The notes under the pieces were generated by a model. The model saw only the letters and a program-made list of their open reading frames with translations, did no database searches and was not told the DNA's origin. From positions 7,392,001 through 7,456,000 of the forward strand of contig OZ250169.1 of NCBI GenBank assembly GCA_965237955.1: 64,000 bases of DNA, read 5' to 3'. Below are positions 40,916 to 49,931 of the stretch, piece after piece. The translations under genes and the position numbers were made by a program. The stretch's first letter is position 1. Every line of letters starts with the position of its first letter. This DNA comes from Candidatus Marinacidobacterales bacterium (GTDB taxonomy: Bacteria; Acidobacteriota; Vicinamibacteria; Marinacidobacterales; SMYC01).

Positions 40916-41509
40916 TCAGCGCGTCAAAGTGAAATCGGCGGTGGTCGCGCCCTTGACCACGACGTCCTGGGTCTGTTTCTTCAGGCGCTCCTGCCAGGCC
41001 GTCAGCTTGTAGGTACCATCGGGAACGTCTTCGATGGTGAAGTTCCCTTCACCGTCGCTAACGGCGAAGTAGGGAGTCTCCACCGCGACCACGTAGGCAA
41101 TCATTCCGGGATGAGGTTTGCAGAGCATGACCGCGGCACACGGTTCGCTGAACGTATACGGCCGCGACTCGGCGGTCGGCCAGAACCCGAGGTCGAACTT
41201 GTCCGCGCACTCGTCTGGTGTGAATACGTTGTGAGCGACCGCATCACTGTTGAGAAATTCCACGGTGGTGCCCACCACCACCGGGAGGATCTTCGGAAGG
41301 AAGACCATTCCTCTTTGGACCATTACCACCGGCTCCTTCGGCGGCGGGAAGGTCTTGCCTTCTATCTTCTCGATGTAGACGACCGCGTCGGCGTTGCTTC
41401 TCAGGCCCTTCAGCGTCACCTTTCCGCTGATCGAGCCCGCCATCACCGTCGAAGCGACGCCGATTGACAGAGCCGTCACCGCCAGTTTGAGAATTTGCTT
41501 TCGCCCCAT
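40916..41509 (-). CDS. Periplasmic cupredoxin (type-1 Cu) with carboxypeptidase-regulatory-like flanking domain
   Basis: Signal peptide; VGTTVEFLNSDAVAHNVF...LCKPHPGM (H, C, H, M ligands); PYFAVSDGEGNFTIEDVPDGTYKLTAW. Confidence 0.8.
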   Translation of the reverse strand: MGRKQILKLAVTALSIGVASTVMAGSISGKVTLKGLRSNADAVVYIEKIEGKTFPPPKEPVVMVQRGMVFLPKILPVVVGTTVEFLNSDAVAHNVFTPDECADKFDLGFWPTAESRPYTFSEPCAAVMLCKPHPGMIAYVVAVETPYFAVSDGEGNFTIEDVPDGTYKLTAWQERLKKQTQDVVVKGATTADFTLTR

Positions 41510-41562
41510 AAGGACTCGATTACTTTCGCCGGGGCTGGGTCTTATCGATGAGCCGCCGGCGT

Positions 41563-43062
41563 CTAGAAGGCAAATCTCAGCCGCCATAGGAGCCGGTAGT
41601 CGTCGACTTCGTGACCCCCGATGTTCCGCTGGTACTCGATCAAAGCCTTCACATTCGCTGCGACGAGAGCCGTTCCGTTTACGGTGATGCGCTTGAAGCT
41701 CTCGCTGTCGTGCTCCGATGGGTCCAGCCTCTCGTAACGGAAAGCTCCGTGCAACCACGGGTAGAAGACGTAGTCGAGCTCGGTAAACCATCCTTTGAAG
41801 ATGAAGTCCTCTTCGAACTGGAGCTCGTTTGGCCGACTTACAGAAATTGTTTCGTAAACGGCGAGTGTATCTCGGCCGCGGACGAACCCAGCGATCAGAT
41901 TCAAGTCTCTCCAGTAGATGTTGACGTCGAAGCCGGCACGGGTAAAGGCCTTGTTCTCGACGAAGAGACCACTGTCCTGACCGGTGCCGCGGAACAGGAT
42001 GCCTTCTCCGTCGCCGCGATAACCGAACGCGCCGAGCCGCAAAGATGTCTCGCGCCAGTTCTTCGAGGACTCGACGTAGTCCTCGCCGTCGAGTGAAAGC
42101 CCTCCGAACTTGTACCCCACACGCCCGAAGAAATCCTTGGAGCGGTTCGCGTCCGCCGTCGTTACGCCGGGTCCGATGCCGTTCGAGATGCCTCCCGAGT
42201 AATCGAACCGGCTCTTGACGATCCCATAGACTTCGATGCCGTCTACTCCCGCCGGCAAGGAAGAGACTCCATCGTCTACCGAAATGCTGCCGCCACCCCC
42301 ATGGCCACCCCCATGGCCTCCACCGTGCCCGAAACCGGCCACCTCATCGCTCCCGTGAAAACCGATGGGGTTGAACCCCAACATGGAAACGGGAGTGCTC
42401 TCGGTAAGAAGATAGCCGTGACTGAACTGCTGAGTCATCTCGGGCGTGAACCGGCCGAACTTCGCGTTGAACGCGGTTCCGGATCCGAAGGGGCCGTTGA
42501 AGCGCAGCTCGGCATGCTCGATTCCGACACTGACCTCGGTCTGGCCATCCTCGGTCTCGACGTCGAAGCCCAGGGCGGTGAGAAACGACATGGTCTCCCC
42601 AAAGGTTCCCGCACCGAGAAGCGTGACCCTCTCAGGGAAGCGAAAGTCATGCCCGGTCGTCTCGTCCGCTTCGCCTTCGAACACGAAATCTCCCTCGAAT
42701 GGTTCGACTACGGCGTCCGCATCGTGGAGAGTGACGCCGGTGAGCCGAAAGTCGACGGAGAGCGGTAGGGTGCCGGGAATGTCCGAAGGCCAAACGGCGT
42801 CGGGCCAGACGCGCTTATAGGCATCCTCACCGAGCGGGACCGGCACTTCTTTGACCAAGTCTTCCGTTTCTCCCGGCATACGGTAGCCCCGGAGACGGAA
42901 CGCATTGCCGAAGGGATTCAACTTCGGATAGGCGATGTGACACGTCTGACAGCTCGTCTGGTACTTCCGTGCGAAGGCTGGAATAGCCCAGGCGTCCGTG
43001 CCGACAAGCACGGTAAAGAGCGCAGCGATCAGCGCTCCCGATACGAGGTTTCTCTTACTCAT
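41563..43062 (-). CDS. Cyc2-like monoheme cytochrome c fused to a beta-barrel porin
   Basis: Signal peptide then IPAFARKYQTSCQTCHIAYPKLNPFGNAFRLRGY; beta-strand-rich body; ends LRFAF. Confidence 0.82.
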   Translation of the reverse strand: MSKRNLVSGALIAALFTVLVGTDAWAIPAFARKYQTSCQTCHIAYPKLNPFGNAFRLRGYRMPGETEDLVKEVPVPLGEDAYKRVWPDAVWPSDIPGTLPLSVDFRLTGVTLHDADAVVEPFEGDFVFEGEADETTGHDFRFPERVTLLGAGTFGETMSFLTALGFDVETEDGQTEVSVGIEHAELRFNGPFGSGTAFNAKFGRFTPEMTQQFSHGYLLTESTPVSMLGFNPIGFHGSDEVAGFGHGGGHGGGHGGGGSISVDDGVSSLPAGVDGIEVYGIVKSRFDYSGGISNGIGPGVTTADANRSKDFFGRVGYKFGGLSLDGEDYVESSKNWRETSLRLGAFGYRGDGEGILFRGTGQDSGLFVENKAFTRAGFDVNIYWRDLNLIAGFVRGRDTLAVYETISVSRPNELQFEEDFIFKGWFTELDYVFYPWLHGAFRYERLDPSEHDSESFKRITVNGTALVAANVKALIEYQRNIGGHEVDDYRLLWRLRFAF

Positions 43063-43230
43063 CTTACTCTCACTCCTTGTTCCTGCACGCGTGATGGCTC
43101 GACTGCGATGTTTTCGTCCTCACGAGAACCCTCCAATGGACCCTCGCGAGAGAGCCCTCGAAATACTGAGGATGGTACGGAATTTCGGGCGGGTCCACCG
43201 CCGTCTTCTGGGCGAATAATAGCAGATGAT

Positions 43231-45198
43231 TCAGCGCCTATCCTTGAGATTCTCAATGGCTCTTTCCAGGCTTGCGCGGTTGGCCCCATTTTTGACTGCC
43301 CGGTCAACGTCTTTTTCAGCTGCTGTGTCGTCGCCCAGATGCGTGTAGGCCAACGCCCGGTTCATGTAAACCTGGACTAATTGGGGATCGAGCCTGATTG
43401 CGTCATCATAGTCCTGAATGGCACGTTGGTACTGCCCCAGCTTGAAGTAGACACCGCCCCGATTGTTGTAGACCAAGGCGCGTTTGGGGGCCAAGCGAAT
43501 GGATTCGTCATAGTCGACGATGGCTCGCTCGAACTCACCCAGATCGTCGTAGACGATGCCACGGTTGTTGTAGGCTGGTGCATATTGAGGATTTAGACGA
43601 ATTGCTGCGTCATACTCAGCAATGGCTTCCGTATACCTCCGTTGATTTTGAAGCGCCAATCCGGCGCTGAAACGCTTGTCCGCCGTGCTCGAGCTGCTCC
43701 TAGCCAAGTAAACAGGAGCGGTCAGATTATCCACGGGAGCGTAATCGTCCGTAAGCAGGACGAAATTCTGCAAGTTGAGCCAGGATTTAAAGGTAGATTC
43801 CGACATAAACTGGCTGACCGGTTGGCTCCTATTCCGCCTGACAGTCGCGGCCTCAATGTCTGTTGGAGACAGCGCCTGGATGGATCCCACTACCACAAAG
43901 GTGGCTCGACTATCGTCTTCCCATACCCCTGCATCGTCGCGAGCCAAATACACAAATGGGAACGTCTGCTGGAGGGTATGAACGTATGTCCTGAGGAACC
44001 TTCCTGTGTGGAGTTTGTCTATCACGTTAACAGCATAGATGCCATTTTCTTTTAGCAGCGTCCTGACCTGCTCGTTAAACTCTCTAGTGGTGAGATGGTA
44101 TGGAATTGAGATATCGTGGAAGGCGTCGCCGACAACCAAGTCGTATTTCGCAGGCGCGAGTTTTGGTACCACCATACGCGCATCCTGATTGTAGGTCTCG
44201 ATGTGGGTGTCTGGCCGAAGCCCAAGGTAGTCGAACGCCACGCGGGTAACCTCCGGGTCGATTTCAATGACCTCTACGGTACTTTGAGGATAAACCGCCT
44301 CAATATATCGTGGCATCGTGTAACCGCCACCTCCTATGAACAGAACCCGAAGGCTGGGATTGTGTTGAGCTATAAACCCCTCGATCTCCTCTAGAACTTT
44401 CTGGTAGCCGCCTTCTAGAAACGTGGGGTCTTCCAGAGAGACGGAACTGTGCCTCAGCTTATCAAGTTGGAGCACTTTCACTCGCAGGCCTCCTTCGGCT
44501 ATGTCGTCGCTCACCCCTATGCAATAGTAATTGCTCTCGCGCACACAGCCGGAATCGAGGGTTCCGTTTGCGACCCAAAGGCTCCCTAGTGTAACAAAAA
44601 GGGCGATCAAAAAAAAGCTAGGCACCTTGGCTCTCCACAGGTCACCGAATGCCAGAGCCGCGAGGATCAAAACGAGCGCGACCAGGAAGAGGATCGCTCT
44701 TGTCCCAATCCACTGAATCAACACGAAGCCAGTGATGAAAGTCCCAAAGATACTGCCAGTAGTGGACACTGCATAGATCTTCCCCACCACGCTGCCGGTG
44801 TTGGCCAAGTCCTGAAGTCTGAGCTTGATTACCACCGGAGTCACCATCCCCAAGATCAAGCTGGGCAAAAAAAACAGGGTGGTTGTTACAAAAATGATCC
44901 GTGGTATGGCCGACAGCGCATCAAATGCATCCGAAACGACATTTACCAAAGCGAGCACGCTCATGCTGGATGCACCGCCGGCGAGCAGAATGATGCCTAG
45001 GGTTATTCCTGAAGGAAATCGGTCCGCCACTCGACCTCCCAAATAGTTGCCGGCGCTAATTCCGGCCAGAACCACCCCAATGATGCCGGTCCAGGTGTAG
45101 AGCGATACGCCGATTGTCGGGGCGAGGATCCTCGCGGCCACGATCTCTATGATCAATACACAGGCACTAGCTGTAAAAACAACGACGTACGGCTTCAT
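43231..45198 (-). CDS. Fused membrane domain / spermidine-synthase-like SAM-fold protein with C-terminal TPRs
   Basis: EIVAARILAPTIGVSLYTW TM region; VLFIGGGGY, VIEIDPEV, YDLVVGDAF, HLTTREF, LTDDYAPVD; four TPRs. Confidence 0.85.
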   Translation of the reverse strand: MKPYVVVFTASACVLIIEIVAARILAPTIGVSLYTWTGIIGVVLAGISAGNYLGGRVADRFPSGITLGIILLAGGASSMSVLALVNVVSDAFDALSAIPRIIFVTTTLFFLPSLILGMVTPVVIKLRLQDLANTGSVVGKIYAVSTTGSIFGTFITGFVLIQWIGTRAILFLVALVLILAALAFGDLWRAKVPSFFLIALFVTLGSLWVANGTLDSGCVRESNYYCIGVSDDIAEGGLRVKVLQLDKLRHSSVSLEDPTFLEGGYQKVLEEIEGFIAQHNPSLRVLFIGGGGYTMPRYIEAVYPQSTVEVIEIDPEVTRVAFDYLGLRPDTHIETYNQDARMVVPKLAPAKYDLVVGDAFHDISIPYHLTTREFNEQVRTLLKENGIYAVNVIDKLHTGRFLRTYVHTLQQTFPFVYLARDDAGVWEDDSRATFVVVGSIQALSPTDIEAATVRRNRSQPVSQFMSESTFKSWLNLQNFVLLTDDYAPVDNLTAPVYLARSSSSTADKRFSAGLALQNQRRYTEAIAEYDAAIRLNPQYAPAYNNRGIVYDDLGEFERAIVDYDESIRLAPKRALVYNNRGGVYFKLGQYQRAIQDYDDAIRLDPQLVQVYMNRALAYTHLGDDTAAEKDVDRAVKNGANRASLERAIENLKDRR

Positions 45199-45363
45199 AG
45201 AGATCGCGATGTGCAGCCATTTTCCGCCGCCTGTTCCTGGCTCCGTCTCGACTGACCGCGCAGACGATGACCGGCGTCTGTTGTCACTTGCTCTGCGAGG
45301 GCGTCCTCTAACCATGGTCTATTCTCCTTTTGAGATAGGTTGCTGCCCTCGCCCGATCCAAGC

Positions 45364-46773
45364 CTACTCAATCACGAAATCCACTTCCTCCGTCAGCACT
45401 TTCTGGTTCGTGTGGTCCGTGACCTTGATCTTCAGCGTGTAGTTGCCGGGCTCCTTGACGTGCGCGATATTCAGCGGCAAATCGACAATCGTGAGCGCAA
45501 CCGTAGGTGACTGCGCCGAGAAGGGCTTCTCCGCCGTCATGCCCAGCGCTTTGCCTTCACGAAAGAAGGAGGCCTGGAACGTTAGGTTCGGTTGCCCGTT
45601 ATCGAGACCGTAGTTGTACGCGTTGAACACGCCGGCAAGTCGATTCTCGTGTGTATAGACCAGCTCCCGCTTGGGATAGAAGTGATAGCCCCCGAACATG
45701 AAAGCTTCGCCGAGCGCGCCTTTGACTTCGCCGGTCTTCTCGGCCTTCGAGAACATGACGATCGAGGATAGCTTGAACTCTCCGTCTGCGAAGTTGGGGG
45801 CCTCGATGTCGACGATCTTCGACCCAAGGGTCTGAGAGTCGTCGAGCACTCCGATGTACAGTTTGTAGGCTCCCGGCGCGACTTGTTTCATAATCGGTAG
45901 CTCGACGCCGAGGTGGCCCCTCGCGCCTTCCGTGGGATCGACCGCCTGTTCGAATCGGCTGAGGGAAATCCCGCCGGCGTCGTGTAGCTCGTAAAAAATC
46001 GTCGTCTGGCCACCGGAGAAGCCTTCTCCGAAGACGATATCCATTGGTACGTAGACCTCGCCCTCCGAGGCCTGGAAAAAGGCGGTGTTGACCTCGAAGG
46101 GGATCGCGTCGCTCGTCGCTCCCGTGTCGACGAGGACCTTCAAGAGCTGCTCCGGCGTGCCACCAGGACGGCCAGGATCGGGTTTTCTGAGACGGCCGTT
46201 GTCGTCCCGCGCGTAGTCGACGGCTCGGTTCGCAATGTGGCTTTCCTTGACTCTCTCGAGAGCTTCGCGAACGCTCTCTTCGTCGTCGATCCTATGACCG
46301 ATCTGCCCTGCCGGGCGGAACCGAACCGTCAGCCCGTCGGGGATGCCGAGCGCAGCATTGGGCTCGTAACGCCAGTCGAGCCTCGTGAGATTGCCACCCC
46401 CAGATCGCTGCTCGTAGTCCGGGGTCCCCAGGAGGAGAAAGACCTCGCCGTACTCGGATTCTGACCCCTTGCTTCGATCCGAGCCGAAGCGCCCGTCCGC
46501 GTACTCGACGCCCTTCTCGTACGCCTCCCGAAACTCGTTCTCGGGCGTCGTCGGGTCGTGGTCGCGGCGCAACCAGAAGAGCTCCTTGAAGAGGTTGCGG
46601 TCGTCCTTATCGATCTGCTGGAACATCGCCTTTTCCTGCTCCGTGATCAGCGGACCGACTTCCTTTTCCATCCACTTCTGGTCGCGACCGCTGAGCTTGT
46701 CCTGCGCGAAGACGGAGGCAGCGATCAGCACGGCTCCGACGAGGGCGACGGACCGCAATACTTTCTCAAACAT
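45364..46773 (-). CDS. GWxTD-domain-like secreted protein
   Basis: Signal peptide; WMEKEVGPLITEQE, FWLRRDHDPTTPENEFRE, YADGRF, GSESEYGEVFLLLGTPD. Confidence 0.78.
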   Translation of the reverse strand: MFEKVLRSVALVGAVLIAASVFAQDKLSGRDQKWMEKEVGPLITEQEKAMFQQIDKDDRNLFKELFWLRRDHDPTTPENEFREAYEKGVEYADGRFGSDRSKGSESEYGEVFLLLGTPDYEQRSGGGNLTRLDWRYEPNAALGIPDGLTVRFRPAGQIGHRIDDEESVREALERVKESHIANRAVDYARDDNGRLRKPDPGRPGGTPEQLLKVLVDTGATSDAIPFEVNTAFFQASEGEVYVPMDIVFGEGFSGGQTTIFYELHDAGGISLSRFEQAVDPTEGARGHLGVELPIMKQVAPGAYKLYIGVLDDSQTLGSKIVDIEAPNFADGEFKLSSIVMFSKAEKTGEVKGALGEAFMFGGYHFYPKRELVYTHENRLAGVFNAYNYGLDNGQPNLTFQASFFREGKALGMTAEKPFSAQSPTVALTIVDLPLNIAHVKEPGNYTLKIKVTDHTNQKVLTEEVDFVIE

Positions 46774-46926
46774 CGAGGTCTTCCTTTCTACCCGAGATCG
46801 GGTTACCATTCCCACGATCGCGCGAGGATAGCGCCTTTCTTGAGGGCTTGGCAAACCGGGGGTTCAGAGCCTCGGCAGGGCCCATGCGATACTGACGAGG
46901 GGTTCCGGATGAAGGCGATGAGCTTT

Positions 46927-47223
46927 ACAGATAGGCATTTCTATCCCGAGGAACAATCCGTGGGAGGGAACAGATTGAAGCAAACTCCCTGCACGCGGGG
47001 CGTTTTGAATTAAATCAAACGCGTTGCGAGGGAACAGAAGGTATCGCGGCGTATGTGTCTTGAACCCGCCGAAACGACCCCTCCACGCCACGATGCCGTC
47101 CCGGCCGCGATGCCTTTTTCTCTCGTAACGCGTTTGATTTAATTCAAAACGCCCCGCGTGCGAGCAATGTGCTTCAATCTAGCCTCCCGCTGATTGTTCC
47201 TCGGGATAGAAATGTCTATCTGT
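46927..47223. repeat. ~300-bp imperfect inverted repeat with IS91-oriIS-like outer ends
   Basis: Arms share ACAGATAG(G/A)CATTTCTATCCCGAGGAACAATC and GCACGCGGGGCGTTTTGAATTAAATCAAACGCGTT. Confidence 0.85.
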
Positions 47224-47279
47224 TCGCCCCGGCACGCCAACGGACCTTGATTTTCCCTATTGATTTTCCGTCGACGAAA

Positions 47280-47440
47280 TAGTCGTACAGACAGCGAAGC
47301 CGCTCGATTTCATCCTCATGTCCATGCCCTTTGTTCCAGTGGCGGGTGGAACGCCTCCGACCACTGGGTGCCCGTGCCATACCTCGACCATCGGATGGCG
47401 GAAAAGCTCTTCCGTCGTCGCGTGCTCCGCTTGCTGAAGA
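47280..47440 (+). pseudogene. IS91-like transposase fragment carrying the HUH motif
   Basis: RFHPHVHALCSSGGW...AEKLFRRRVLRLLK. Confidence 0.7.
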
Positions 47441-47480
47441 GACACCGCGATGTCGTCTTTTGCGATCGACGAGCAGTTCT

Positions 47481-48509
47481 CTAGCGCGGACCGATGCGGA
47501 CGTTGCGATAAACGGCGCCCACGACCGACTCTTGTCGCTCTTCGATACCGAGCTCGACGTAGAGAGTGCTCGGATCGTAGGCGCGCTCGTAATCCAATCG
47601 GATGATCGATTGTCCGTTCAAGAAGAGGCGGACGACGTGGACTTCGCCTTCGGGACCCCACTCGAGACGCCACTGGTAGACTCTGTCGGGGTTCCAGTTG
47701 AGAAAGTTGAAGCCGGCGTCGTGCTCGTCACCGTTCGCAATCCAGCGCAAGCGCACGAAGGGCGGATTGTGATTCGTATCCAGCTTTTGCACGTGAACGC
47801 GGAAGGGGTTGGTGCGATAGCGACCTTTGGTGGGGTCCCACATACCGAGCAACATGAACTGGTCACCCGCCTTGTTCTGAGCTGCCAGCCCTACGTTTTC
47901 CCACTCGACGAAGCCGTTGGGGATGGAGCCGATCTCGTAGCGGAGGAAGTCCTCTTTCCTTTTGACCCTCCAACCGTCGGAGGTGAACTGGCCACCTCCC
48001 ACCTGTCCGATGGACGTTCCGTTCGTCAGCGGGTCGAAGAGTTCCACAGTTGGGGGTGTCGGCGTGGGTGGCGGGGTCGGCGGGGTCGGCGTGATGTTCG
48101 GGTTCACCTTCATCATCGCCGTGCTCGAAAAGGGACTGCTTTCGGAGTTCAGATGGGCCTGGGCGCGCCAGAAATGCTCTCCAACGTCGAGCGCAATCAC
48201 GACCTTCCAAGAGGCACGGCCGTCGGCGTCTGGGGTGATGAGGCCGGAGGCGGTCACGAGCCCGTCGAAATCGGCGCTGCGAGACACTTGGAACGAACAG
48301 ACCGTTCCATCTACCATGGAGGCCGCCGAAGCCACGAGTCTTGGCCGGCGACCCACTTCGTCGCCCTGAGCCGGGCTCACGATCGTCGGTACCAGCAGGG
48401 CTGGCTCGATCGGCGGCGGCGTCCCGGTCTCCGGTGTCGTCGGGGTTTCGTTCCCGCACCCGGAGAGAATGAAGACCAGCAGGCCCGGAATCAAGTGTGT
48501 GTAGCGCAT
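47481..48509 (-). CDS. Hypothetical lipoprotein with Ig-like domain, Pro/Thr linker and beta-sandwich domain
   Basis: Lipobox LSGC; PTPPTPPPTPTPP linker; 342-aa ORF with typical GC3-rich codons. Confidence 0.75.
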   Translation of the reverse strand: MRYTHLIPGLLVFILSGCGNETPTTPETGTPPPIEPALLVPTIVSPAQGDEVGRRPRLVASAASMVDGTVCSFQVSRSADFDGLVTASGLITPDADGRASWKVVIALDVGEHFWRAQAHLNSESSPFSSTAMMKVNPNITPTPPTPPPTPTPPTVELFDPLTNGTSIGQVGGGQFTSDGWRVKRKEDFLRYEIGSIPNGFVEWENVGLAAQNKAGDQFMLLGMWDPTKGRYRTNPFRVHVQKLDTNHNPPFVRLRWIANGDEHDAGFNFLNWNPDRVYQWRLEWGPEGEVHVVRLFLNGQSIIRLDYERAYDPSTLYVELGIEERQESVVGAVYRNVRIGPR

Positions 48510-48825
48510 CGCGGCATCATCCCAATCGAAGTCTCGACAAGTTGAGATTTTCCCTAGACGCTAGCAGATAAACGTCCATAGTTCAAGTACTACTTTAACA
48601 AATGGTGTTAAATTCTATGGAATTTGACGTTTTTGTAGTCTAAATAACACAAAAAACGTCCGAGGCGGGCTGAAACGCGCGTCTCGACCTCGGGGAGTCG
48701 AGTTGGGCCCATCCAGATCTAGCGCGGATCGATGCGACGTTGCGATAAACGGCCCCATAACCGGTTTTTTGCGCTGCTCGACACCGAGCTAGACGTTTGA
48801 CTCAGAAATAGCGCATCCCGTCGCG

Positions 48826-49620
48826 TCATCCCGCAACGCGCGGTCCGAGCTGCTGTATCCCGTTGTCGAAGAACGGGATCTGAGCCTTTTGGTCGTCCGT
48901 CGGGCTGCCCGTCCAGCCGAGGAGCTGCTCGTAGAGAATGCGGATCTTACGTCTTGAGCCTATCCAGAATGCAATGGAGCCCGGGGCCTCCCCACGTGCG
49001 CTAGGCTCCCAAAACCTCTCATGACGACCCGAGGGAGCTTTCCCGCGTCTCGAGAACATCGACGCGCTCGAGTTCTTGGCACGCGTCATCACGCAGGGCT
49101 GCGACAGTTGGATACCTGTCGGCTGCGTTCCTGGACCTGGACTTGCACACACTCACGGAACCCCAAGAACTGGATTTAGAGAAGTTTGAAACCGAATCGC
49201 GCAACAAGATCGGTCTTATTCCGGAGATTGGAGTCAGACACAGAAGTACCTATTTCGAACATATCTTCAACCACGGACACTCCTCGGAATATTACAGCTA
49301 CATATGGACCGAGGTTCTTGATGCCCATGCCTTTGAAGTATTCGAAGAGAGAGGCCTCAGTGCTCGAACCCGCTGATCCTCGGCAAAGGCCAAGGTCATT
49401 CGCAGCACGGACATGGGAAGGACGTGGACCCTCATCAGCCCAGACCTCACCACCAACGACCCCTCAGAAGCAGATGGCGCGCAATCCGGCGGGCTTACGC
49501 TCGACGTCACCGAAGCGTAGAATCACACCACCATCCTCACTATCGCGCCGTCGCCGGTCGAGCGCGGGGTGCTCTGGGTCGGCACGGACGACGGCAACGT
49601 GCAGCTGACGCGTGACGGCG
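48826..49620. pseudogene. Mosaic of short gene fragments (IS91-like transposase, M3 peptidase C-terminus, BNR/VPS10-type propeller)
   Basis: IDALEFLARVITQ (~49040-49097); RSTYFEHIFNHGHSSEYYSYIWTEVLDAHAF (49143-49355); RSTDMGRTWTLISPDLTTND...GVLWVGTDDGNVQLTRDG with an internal stop (49381-49620). Confidence 0.7.
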
Positions 49621-49931
49621 ACCCGAGCTCTACGGGAGCTTGCTCTGGCGGTTGCGTGCGCCGCGGCGGTTCATCCAGGTGCTGGCTGGGCCGCGTCAGG
49701 CGGGATAGGTCACGGTCCGACCGGCCGAGAATGCCACGAAGGCCCTCTCAATCACGGGAATAACCGCGTGCGTCGAGTGGGAGCAGACCTCTCATCGTCG
49801 CCCGGTTCCAACACGAGCACCTCCGCCACCGGTCACCTCCACGCGACCCTTCAGGGTCCTCGCGCGGCCAAACCAAGGCCAGAGCCTACCCGGCCCCTCG
49901 CCAAACCGAAGATGCCCCCCCAAATCGTCGC

